64,000 nt of DNA from an uncultured Latescibacterota bacterium (lineage in GTDB: Bacteria > Latescibacterota > UBA2968). This document shows, piece after piece, positions 49,901 through 58,052 of this stretch. The stretch is from positions 3,534,896-3,598,895 of the forward strand of contig OY282377.1 of assembly GCA_958295785.1 (NCBI GenBank), given 5' to 3'. The position numbers were made by a program, and so were the translations under genes. The notes under the pieces are model-generated. The model ran no database searches. It had not been told where the DNA came from and saw nothing but the letters and a program-made list of their open reading frames with translations. Each line of letters opens with the position of its first letter. The stretch's first letter is position 1.

Positions 49901-52900
49901 CATTTTTCCCAAGTCAATACGAAAATCGCTCACGTCATCAACAGTCAAATGCCAGCAGTCTCCTTTAGTTTCCCAATGCCAAAAGAACAAGCTGGAATTA
50001 AACACACCTGACAACTCCTCTGGTTGAATTCCTTTTGCCGGATAATAAGTTTTAAACTCCCGTGACTTCTTGGAGGCAAGAAAACACTTTACCCACATCA
50101 TCAATCTAATGTTCAAATAGAATGGTTGAGAATCAGTTTTGCGATTAGAGTACAACGTATTCAGTGGGAGAATGTCCCTGTTGATTTTGCTGATAATGGA
50201 TTCTTCAAGTTCCGTTGCAAACTTACGAATAAATCCCTTTCGATAGTTTAGTCTGTTGTAATCCAGGTTGTTAAAAAGATGATTCCTTTCACTGTCGGGA
50301 GCTCTTCCATAAAAGTGAGTAAATCCTGTGGAATGGATGGCAGAATTTCCCTTAGTGCAAAGTATGATTGAAAGTTTCTGATGTACCCCAAAAAATAATG
50401 TAGATGGTCTGTCAGCATAATTACTGATATGCAACATAGGATAGGTTGCGGTTATGACATTTCGAGCTTGATTCATCCTCTTGGTTGACACCCAAGAGAT
50501 AGGAATTATCCACCCCGCATTTCTTTGACCGAGCGAGGTTCCCCGCTCAAGCACGAAGGCGTAAAGGCTGCCGCAGGATTCGGTTTCGTAGCCTTTGACG
50601 GTGTAGCCTTCTTTGGTTTTTTTGACTTTGCTGTATTCCACATACGGCGGATTCCCAATAATCACATCAAAGCCACCCTTGTGCATGATGCCGTAGAACT
50701 CGACGAACCAATGAAACGGCTGATGGCTGTCGCGCCATCGCTGATACGCTCGCCGGCTCTTGGGCTTGACGCCGTATTCACCGGCCAAATACTCGTCCAA
50801 CTCATCGCGCAGATTAGTGAGGCGTTTCCGCAATTTCAACTTCGCGCTGGCAAACGCACTGGCGTCCATCCCAGGTTTCGTCTGCATCTGGCGGAACTGG
50901 CGAAAGGCGCGGTCGGCTTTCTCGGCGCGTTCCTCGATCTGGGGAAGCGACAGTTGCTTGATCAGGTCGCTACTCAATGCTTCCTTCACTTGCGCGAGCG
51001 AAGTGAAGCCGACGAGCGTGTTCCCGGCGCGGACGTTGAAGTCGATGTCGGGCAACGGCTCGATCTGCTCGTAAGTATCCAACTGCGCGACGAGTTTGAG
51101 GAACAGCCGCAGCTTGCAGATTTCCACCGCCTCCTCCATGATATCCACGCCGTAGAGATTGCCGATGATGATCGACTTGAGAATGAAATAGCGTTCGCTG
51201 GCGTGCTCTTCAACCTGTTGCAACACTTGGCGAAAATCGCGCAGTTTCTCGGGGCGGTGCTTGCGGTTCAAGCGTTCCAAGTCGTCGAGGAAACCGCGCA
51301 TGGCCTCCAAGCAGGCGACGTAGAGCGGCTCCAAAATGTTGAGCGCGGCGAATAGGAATGCGCCCGAGCCGCAGGTGGGATCGAGGACGGAGACCGCGTT
51401 GATCGCCTTCCAAAAAGCGTGCACCAGTTCCGGCCCCTCGCTGCTCGCAATGACGTCTTGGGCAAACTTTTCGATGTCCAAATTGTACGTGATCAGATCG
51501 TTGATCGACGCGATTGCACCAGCGGCGAGTTTGGCGCGGATGTCCTCATAGCGTTGGCGGCGGGCAATGTGCTCGCGCCACGTCTCGGTCGGCAGAGCGT
51601 ATTCGGGCGGGGCCGCTTCGTTCCAGCCATCGCGCTTTGCTATGTCGTCCAGACCGGCGGCGATCTCCGGCGGCAGGGCGCGTTTTTCGGCAAGGTCCGC
51701 GTTGTTGTGCAGATCGTAGGTGATGCCGTGACGCACCGCCTCGTGAAAGTAGCGATCCGGGGCGTCCGACAGCAACCGCCATATCCAGCCATCGGGCGAG
51801 AAGGCGATGGCGCATGCCTTTCGCGCTCGGTCGAACAAGAACGGAATGATGCTGTTGCGGCTAATGTAGCCGGTAATGTCTTCCTTGGTGTAGTACGCCC
51901 CCATCTGTTTCTGGTTGATGTACTTCTCGAAAATGTAGCCGAGCACATCGGGGTTGATCTCGTTGTCGTTGCGGAGCGGCCGGTCGTCGAGATGCCATTG
52001 GTACGCGTCGAAGAACGCGAAAATCTGTTCAAAGGCTTCGTCGGGAATGTGAATTTCCGGGTTGTCCCGCTCCAAGTCATGCACCTCGAACAAGCCGCCG
52101 TTGAGATAGGGGACTTTGCCGATCAGGGCGACCAAGGCGGGGGCGCGGTCAGCTTCGGGCTGTCCCAAGCCCTCGTGAAACAGCCGCAACAGGAACAGCC
52201 GGTAAAAGCCGAGGAAGTTGCCCTCGCCCTGTTGCTGGCGCACCCGTTCCAAACGGTCGCGCAGATAGTTTGGGTTGTTGTCGAGAAAACCGCGCTTCTG
52301 GATGAAGTAAATGAACATCATGCGATTGAGCATCAGCGAGGCGTACCACTCGCGGTCAGTCAAATTTTCAATGCCCTCGATGAAGTCCAGAAACGCGCTG
52401 TGCTCTTTCTTGAACCGGTCATAGAATCGCTTGGCGACTTTCTCCACATCGAAAGCCGCCCGCACTCGGCTCGTCACATCGACAAGGGTGAGGGCTTCTT
52501 CCTCCTCCAGCGCGAAGGCGATTTGCTCTAACTTCTGGACCAGGGATTCGCCCGATTGCCCCCGATCATAGATATGCTGTCGAGACCGATCGGGGCGACC
52601 CGGTTCGCGCTTGACCCATTGCCAATACTGGGCATCGGCGCGTGCGTAGATGATGAGGTGTTCGCGGACGGTCTTGGCGACATTCCGCTCGATCTTCTGC
52701 CGAGTGGGGTAATCGGGCAAGGCCCTGTCCGAATCCGCCATGTATTGATAGGCAACCATACCGCGCTTGTGGGCGATGGCCTCGAGCGCGTAAGTCTTAC
52801 CGGCGATAGTAACCTCGGTATCCGCTCCGCCGTGGTCCCAGCCGAGTTCTTCAATGAAGAGCGTCTGAAGATCGAAGTTCTCCAGATGTCGTTTGACTGT

Positions 52901-52918
52901 GTTTCTGTTGAAATTCAT
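49859..52918 (-). CDS. PglX/DrmMI-like (Eco57I-superfamily) N6-adenine DNA methyltransferase, copy 1; TRD truncated by the IS, so likely inactivated
   Basis: Motif I VLDPTCGSGAFL, motif IV IIGNPPYV; last 13 aa (LGLTQSPLEYEVL) are encoded by the IS right end. Confidence 0.75.
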   Translation of the reverse strand: MNFNRNTVKRHLENFDLQTLFIEELGWDHGGADTEVTIAGKTYALEAIAHKRGMVAYQYMADSDRALPDYPTRQKIERNVAKTVREHLIIYARADAQYWQWVKREPGRPDRSRQHIYDRGQSGESLVQKLEQIAFALEEEEALTLVDVTSRVRAAFDVEKVAKRFYDRFKKEHSAFLDFIEGIENLTDREWYASLMLNRMMFIYFIQKRGFLDNNPNYLRDRLERVRQQQGEGNFLGFYRLFLLRLFHEGLGQPEADRAPALVALIGKVPYLNGGLFEVHDLERDNPEIHIPDEAFEQIFAFFDAYQWHLDDRPLRNDNEINPDVLGYIFEKYINQKQMGAYYTKEDITGYISRNSIIPFLFDRARKACAIAFSPDGWIWRLLSDAPDRYFHEAVRHGITYDLHNNADLAEKRALPPEIAAGLDDIAKRDGWNEAAPPEYALPTETWREHIARRQRYEDIRAKLAAGAIASINDLITYNLDIEKFAQDVIASSEGPELVHAFWKAINAVSVLDPTCGSGAFLFAALNILEPLYVACLEAMRGFLDDLERLNRKHRPEKLRDFRQVLQQVEEHASERYFILKSIIIGNLYGVDIMEEAVEICKLRLFLKLVAQLDTYEQIEPLPDIDFNVRAGNTLVGFTSLAQVKEALSSDLIKQLSLPQIEERAEKADRAFRQFRQMQTKPGMDASAFASAKLKLRKRLTNLRDELDEYLAGEYGVKPKSRRAYQRWRDSHQPFHWFVEFYGIMHKGGFDVIIGNPPYVEYSKVKKTKEGYTVKGYETESCGSLYAFVLERGTSLGQRNAGWIIPISWVSTKRMNQARNVITATYPMLHISNYADRPSTLFFGVHQKLSIILCTKGNSAIHSTGFTHFYGRAPDSERNHLFNNLDYNRLNYRKGFIRKFATELEESIISKINRDILPLNTLYSNRKTDSQPFYLNIRLMMWVKCFLASKKSREFKTYYPAKGIQPEELSGVFNSSLFFWHWETKGDCWHLTVDDVSDFRIDLGKMLGLTQSPLEYEVL

Positions 52919-52958
52919 GGTGAAACCTCTACTGCGAAACTACGAAAAACGCGAAAAG
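50650..52958. repeat. Approx 2.3-kb near-identical direct repeat (copy 1) covering the methyltransferase 5' leader through the NPPY motif
   Basis: Matches 55195-57503; identity degrades at the low-coordinate boundary. Confidence 0.8.
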
Positions 52959-53016
52959 GCGCAAAAAAAACAATGCCCATTCTTCAGTCCTTTCGCGCCT
53001 TTCACGTTTTTCGTAG
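52936..53016. repeat. Long imperfect hairpin (22-bp arms CTACGAAAAACGCGAAAAGGCGC / GCGCCTTTCACGTTTTTCGTAG) between the HNH gene and methyltransferase copy 1
   Basis: Arms are near-perfect reverse complements separated by approx 35 nt; same motif family recurs at 57481-57668 and 58058. Confidence 0.45.
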
Positions 53017-53040
53017 TCCCTTTTCGCCCCATGCGATTTC

Positions 53041-54009
53041 TCAGGCCAACTCGACTCCCCGCAACTCACTGCCGAGTGAAAGGTTATCCGGTGCAGGAAA
53101 CCACTCGTCATTGGCTGGCAGAAGTAGTTCACTTCTGAGTTGCTCTTCGTACCTACTCAGCCCATCGGCTCTGCCCATTTTTTTTAAGTGCTTAACTCTA
53201 GACGAGTTCAGATGGATTGAGTAGTCATCCCGAACATAGAGTAGTCCGGTATCGAAAGACCGATGATGCAAGGAGCAAAGAGCCAAGCCATTGCTGACTA
53301 CATCATGCCCTTGTAGATGGGCGTGTGGCACAATATGAGCGGCATCTACAAGGCCCAGTTGAATCCCGCACATTGCACACCTGTAGGAGTACGCTTCTAA
53401 CACCGCTTGCCTGAATCGTGGGTTTCGAGGATACGCAGTACTAGTTACCTGTATTCTCTGTCGCTTGACCGCGATTGGTCGCGCAAGGAATTGCTTATAG
53501 TCTCGGGCTATCCTTTGCAATGCCCGATCAGTATCTCGGTGAAGTGCTGCCTGGTTCTCCACATACAAACCAATGAGATCGGGGCGAAACATGATCACGA
53601 TTTGCCCATCGGTGTCGGTATGAGTTGATAATCCCTGTGCGGCAGCCTCCTGCATGCGCGATAACCGAGTATAGAGAGAAAATCGCTGGACTCTCGATTT
53701 CCGGTCCAAAAGTCTGTCTGGATCCCATGCGCTGAATGTATTTACGTCTGCGGAAAATCCGAGAACGAGAACCTTGTCCTCCCTTTGTCTATTCCTGAGT
53801 TTCTCAGGCAAGTCGCCTGGACATTGGATCCGATATTCATCCGGCGTACGGCTAGTAGAATGGATGTTGCCAATGAAAACAGTAACGAACTTGTCTTTGA
53901 AGAAAAAGCGGTACGGATTGTCTCTGCCATCAAAATAGACGAGGTCTGTGTGTTGTCGAAAAGCGTCGAACAATGCATGGAACAGATCCATCTTGTTTAG
54001 TATGACCAT
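53041..54009 (-). CDS. HNH endonuclease with approx 200-aa uncharacterised N-terminal domain
   Basis: C-terminal HNH motif CAMCGIQLGLVDAAHIVPHAHLQGHDVVSNGLALCSLHHRSFD. Confidence 0.7.
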   Translation of the reverse strand: MVILNKMDLFHALFDAFRQHTDLVYFDGRDNPYRFFFKDKFVTVFIGNIHSTSRTPDEYRIQCPGDLPEKLRNRQREDKVLVLGFSADVNTFSAWDPDRLLDRKSRVQRFSLYTRLSRMQEAAAQGLSTHTDTDGQIVIMFRPDLIGLYVENQAALHRDTDRALQRIARDYKQFLARPIAVKRQRIQVTSTAYPRNPRFRQAVLEAYSYRCAMCGIQLGLVDAAHIVPHAHLQGHDVVSNGLALCSLHHRSFDTGLLYVRDDYSIHLNSSRVKHLKKMGRADGLSRYEEQLRSELLLPANDEWFPAPDNLSLGSELRGVELA

Positions 54010-54037
54010 TTCAAATTATCCTCAATCGTTATGCCGA

Positions 54038-57000
54038 CTAAATTTCTTCAACGCGCTCAGGTTTAATCGAGAATGTCGTCGATATCCACTCGTCAATTTC
54101 GTGCAGACGACCATCGGCGGAAAAATCCATGGGACTCGGCGGCAGGAAACGCTCTCTTAGAGATGGGGGGATGTTCTTCTCTCCGGCTTCGTAGTTGATA
54201 CTACGTACCAAAGAAATAAAAAAAAATAATTCTTTCAAATCAGCCCAACCTGCACCCAGTCCCGAAAGAAATACAACATCGGCCTTTCTCGTCAGTGAAA
54301 GCAACTTTTGATAGTTGAAATTTCCAACGTACTTACCTGCGTTTTTCTTAAAGACAAGCGCGGAATATCTTTGTTGGTGTAGTAATTCTCCAATGGTAGC
54401 CAGCCTGCGTAAATGATCTTTTGGAAACGAAGCGATGGGCGCGAGGAGGTCCGTGAGTAACCAGTTTGTAACGTGGAATCCATCCCCTCGCGTTAGCCAA
54501 TACCAAAAGCAGGCGTCGCCTGCTGTACTCGCGAGCGCGGCAAATGCTATCTCATCAGAGGGCAGTGTCAGCCAGCCGCACTGAGCGGGATCGAGCACAC
54601 ATCCGTCATCTACGTGCAATACGGGTGGCTGTTCAAGATATGTAGAAATGAAATTCCGCGCTGTGGGCGAAAATCCCAATCTGACTGTTGCACCATCTGT
54701 AGCGCAGGGCGAGGTTGGCTTTGAGGGAGATGACTCGATGTGCAATGCCAACAGTTTTGCACAGTAGCGATTCGCCAAGCGGGGAATGCCGAAATTTTCG
54801 GCGGGGACGCCATTAGCTACCTTGTTATAGGTTATGTTGTTCAGCAGAAAAGTCCGAAACGCCGAGCGCCATCTAAAGAGACGAGTGGCGAACGAATCGC
54901 CATCCGATGGGGAACTAAGCCAGATTGTGCATCGCTGGCTTACGCCGGAAAAGAGGGTTGCGGGCCCATTGTCGAAAGAAGAAAACCAATGCGTCCCCCT
55001 GTTGGCGAGTTGCCCCCGGAGGTCAGAAAACTCAAAGCTGAAGGTCACAGAAAGGGGAACAATAACCCCGTAGCGTCCGCACTGATTGGTGATGCGGTGG
55101 GATTGCATGACCACGTATCCATAAATGTCCGGGAATTTCAGGGACTTGGGCGACTGCACAACGTATTCCAGTGACTTGCAGTTGATATACGGCGGGTTCC
55201 CGATCACCACATCAAAGCCGCCCTTGTGCATGATGCCGTAGAACTCGACGAACCAATGAAACGGCTGGTGGCTGTCGCGCCATCGCTGATACGCTCGCCG
55301 GCTCTTGGGCTTGACGCCGTATTCACCGGCCAAATACTCGTCCAATTCGTCGCGCAGATTGGTGAGGCGTTTCCGCAATTCCGACTTCGCGCTGGCAAAC
55401 GCACTGGCATCCATCCCAGGTTTCGTCTGCATGGCGTGGAACTGGCGAAAGGCGTGGTCGGCTTTCTCGGCGCGTTTCTCGATCTGGGGAAGCGACAGTT
55501 GCTTGATCAGGTCGCTACTCAATGCTTCCTTCACTTGCGCGAGCGACGTGAAGCCGACGAGCGTGTTCCCGGCGCGGACGTTGAAGTCGATGTCGGGCAA
55601 CGGCTCGATCTGCTCGTAAGTATCCAACTGCGCGACGAGTTTGAGGAACAGCCGTAGCTTGCAGATTTCCACCGCCTCCTCCATGATATCCACGCCATAG
55701 AGATTGCCGATGATGATCGACTTGAGAATGAAATAGCGTTCGCTGGCGTGCTCTTCAACCTGTTGCAACACTTGGCGGAAGTCGCACAGTTTCTCGGGAT
55801 GGTGCTTGCGGTTCGAGCGTTCCAAGTCGTCGAGGAAACCGCGCATGGCCTCCAAGCAGGCGACGTAGAGCGGCTCCAAAATGTTGAGCGCGGCGAATAG
55901 GAATGCGCCCGAGCCGCAGGTGGGATCGAGGACGGAGACCGCGTTGATCGCCTTCCAAAAAGCGCGAATCAGTTCCGGCCCCTCGCTGCTCGCAATGACG
56001 TCTTGGGCAAACTTTTCGATGTCCAAATTGTACGTGATCAGATCGTTGATCGACGCGATTGCACCAGCGGCGAGTTTGGCGCGGATGTCCTCATAGCGTT
56101 GGCGGCGGGCGATGTGCTCGCGCCACGTCTCGGTCGGCAGAGCGTATTCGGGCGGGGCCGCTTCGTTCCAGCCATCGCGCTTTGCTATGTCGTCCAGACC
56201 GGCGGCGATCTCCGGCGGCAGGGCGCGTTTTTCGACAAGGTCCGCGTTGTTGTGCAGATCGTAGGTGATGCCGTGACGCACCGCCTCGTGAAAGTAGCGA
56301 TCCGGGGCGTCCGACAGCAACCGCCATACCCAGCCATCGGGCGAGAAGGCGATGGCGCATGCCTTTCGCGCTCGGTCGAACAAGAACGGAATGATGCTGT
56401 TGCGGCTAATGTAGCCGGTGATGTCTTCCTTGGTGTAGTACGCCCCCATCTGTTTCTGGTTGATGTACTTCTCGAAAATGTAGCCGAGCACATCGGGGTT
56501 GATCTCGTTGTCGTTGCGGAGCGGCCGGTCGTCGAGATGCCATTGGTACGCGTCGAAGAACGCGAAAATCTGTTCAAAGGCTTCGTCGGGAATGTGAATT
56601 TCCGGGTGGTCCCGCTCCAAGTCATGCACCTCGAACAAGCCGCCATTGAGATAGGGGACTTTGCCGATCAGGGCGACCAAGGCGGGGGCGCGGTCGGCTT
56701 CGGGCTGTCCCAAGCCCTCGTGAAACAGCCGCAACAGGAACAGCCGGTAAAAGCCGAGGAAGTTGCCCTCGCCCTGTTGCTGGCGCACCCGTTCCAAACG
56801 GTCGCGCAGATAGTTTGGGTTGTTGTCGAGAAAACCGCGCTTCTGGATGAAGTAAATGAACATCATGCGATTGAGCATCAGCGAGGCGTACCACTCGCGG
56901 TCAGTCAAATTTTCAATGCCCTCGATGAAGTCCAGAAACGCGCTGTGCTCTTTCTTGAACCGATCATAGAATCGCTTGGTGACTTTCTCCACATCGAAAG

Positions 57001-57463
57001 CCGCCCGCACTCGGCTCGTCACATCGACAAGGGTGAGGTCTTCTTCCTCCTCCAGCGCGAAGGCGATTTGCTCTAACTTCTGGACCAGGGATTCGCCCGA
57101 TTGCCCCCGATCATAGATATGCTGTCGAGACCGATCGGGGCGACCCGGTTCGCGCTTGACCCATTGCCAATACTGGGCATCGGCGCGTGCGTAGATGATG
57201 AGGTGTTCGCGGACGGTCTTGGCGACATTCCGCTCGATCTTCTGCCGAGTGGGGTAATCGGGCAAGGCCCTGTCCGAATCCGCCATGTATTGATAGGCAA
57301 CCATACCGCGCTTGTGGGCGATGGCCTCGAGCGCGTAAGTCTTACCGGCGATAGTAACCTCGGTATCCGCTCCGCCGTGGTCCCAGCCGAGTTCTTCAAT
57401 GAAGAGCGTCTGAAGATCGAAGTTCTCCAGATGTCGTTTGACTGTGTTTCTGTTGAAATTCAT
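54038..57463 (-). CDS. PglX/DrmMI-like (Eco57I-superfamily) N6-adenine DNA methyltransferase, copy 2 (1141 aa, apparently intact)
   Basis: Motif I VLDPTCGSGAFL, motif IV VIGNPPYI; N-terminal approx 745 aa approx 97-98% identical (by eye) to copy 1; C-terminal approx 390 aa unrelated. Confidence 0.8.
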   Translation of the reverse strand: MNFNRNTVKRHLENFDLQTLFIEELGWDHGGADTEVTIAGKTYALEAIAHKRGMVAYQYMADSDRALPDYPTRQKIERNVAKTVREHLIIYARADAQYWQWVKREPGRPDRSRQHIYDRGQSGESLVQKLEQIAFALEEEEDLTLVDVTSRVRAAFDVEKVTKRFYDRFKKEHSAFLDFIEGIENLTDREWYASLMLNRMMFIYFIQKRGFLDNNPNYLRDRLERVRQQQGEGNFLGFYRLFLLRLFHEGLGQPEADRAPALVALIGKVPYLNGGLFEVHDLERDHPEIHIPDEAFEQIFAFFDAYQWHLDDRPLRNDNEINPDVLGYIFEKYINQKQMGAYYTKEDITGYISRNSIIPFLFDRARKACAIAFSPDGWVWRLLSDAPDRYFHEAVRHGITYDLHNNADLVEKRALPPEIAAGLDDIAKRDGWNEAAPPEYALPTETWREHIARRQRYEDIRAKLAAGAIASINDLITYNLDIEKFAQDVIASSEGPELIRAFWKAINAVSVLDPTCGSGAFLFAALNILEPLYVACLEAMRGFLDDLERSNRKHHPEKLCDFRQVLQQVEEHASERYFILKSIIIGNLYGVDIMEEAVEICKLRLFLKLVAQLDTYEQIEPLPDIDFNVRAGNTLVGFTSLAQVKEALSSDLIKQLSLPQIEKRAEKADHAFRQFHAMQTKPGMDASAFASAKSELRKRLTNLRDELDEYLAGEYGVKPKSRRAYQRWRDSHQPFHWFVEFYGIMHKGGFDVVIGNPPYINCKSLEYVVQSPKSLKFPDIYGYVVMQSHRITNQCGRYGVIVPLSVTFSFEFSDLRGQLANRGTHWFSSFDNGPATLFSGVSQRCTIWLSSPSDGDSFATRLFRWRSAFRTFLLNNITYNKVANGVPAENFGIPRLANRYCAKLLALHIESSPSKPTSPCATDGATVRLGFSPTARNFISTYLEQPPVLHVDDGCVLDPAQCGWLTLPSDEIAFAALASTAGDACFWYWLTRGDGFHVTNWLLTDLLAPIASFPKDHLRRLATIGELLHQQRYSALVFKKNAGKYVGNFNYQKLLSLTRKADVVFLSGLGAGWADLKELFFFISLVRSINYEAGEKNIPPSLRERFLPPSPMDFSADGRLHEIDEWISTTFSIKPERVEEI

Positions 57464-57503
57464 GGTGAAACCTCTACTGCGAAACTACGAAAAACGCGAA
57501 AAA
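55195..57503. repeat. Approx 2.3-kb near-identical direct repeat (copy 2)
   Basis: See 50650-52958. Confidence 0.8.
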
Positions 57504-57526
57504 GGCAAGGCCATAGCCCCGCTTTG

Positions 57527-57668
57527 ATTTTCGCGTCCTTTCGCGCTTTTCGTAGTGGAAAATACGATCATCTATAACTACGAAAGAGAAAAAAAAGACA
57601 AAGCCCACTCCTCGCCCCTTTCGCGTCCTTCCGCGCTTTTCGTAGTGGAAAATACGATCATCCTATAA
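57527..57668. repeat. Tandem approx 90-bp units containing palindromic motif TTTCGCGTCCTTTCGCGCTTTTCGTAGTGGAAAATACGATCATC in the methyltransferase-2 leader
   Basis: Units at 57527-57578 and 57620-57668 plus partial third copy at 58058-58085; CTACGAAA/TTTCGTAG inverted cores. Confidence 0.5.
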
Positions 57669-57686
57669 GACGCGAAAGGGATGTTT

Positions 57687-58052
57687 TACAATTCGTTGAC
57701 GAAACGTTCGTATTCTAATTTTGGGTGATAGCCGAAATTGACGAGCAGGCCGAGTTTCATACCTGTTGATTTCAGGTAATTGATGATTTGGCGCGATGTC
57801 GGTCTTGATTTCCACAATTATTGTGTCGAAACAGAGAAAATCAGGTAGGTAGAACTGCTTCAACGCCTGCCCTTTGTAACGAAGTTTCAATTTTGTCTTT
57901 TCCTTGTGCGGGATATCCGAAGAAGTGAATTCCATTGCGAGGCACTCTTGATAAACAGCTTCGAGAAAGCCGGATCCTTTTTCTTTGTACACTTCAAAGC
58001 AGGCACCGATAATCCGGTAACTTTCTTCCTGATAGACAATTTTTCCAGTCAT
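57687..58052 (-). pseudogene. GxxExxY-family (PD-(D/E)XK-like) protein gene with an internal frameshift or small deletion
   Basis: N-part MTGKIVYQEESYRIIGACFEVYKEKGSGFLEAVYQEC...IIVEIKTDIA in one frame; C-part QIINYLKSTGMKLGLLVNFGYHPKLEYERFVNEL in another; ATG overlaps helicase stop as ATGA. Confidence 0.6.

Noticed and set aside
51419-52531. 370-aa plus-strand ORF (and twin at 56003-57076, also 50525-51355) opposite the methyltransferase genes
   Set aside because: These are antisense shadows of the methyltransferase reading frame. They are duplicated only because the underlying methyltransferase block is duplicated. They are V/G/D/A-rich with no motifs.
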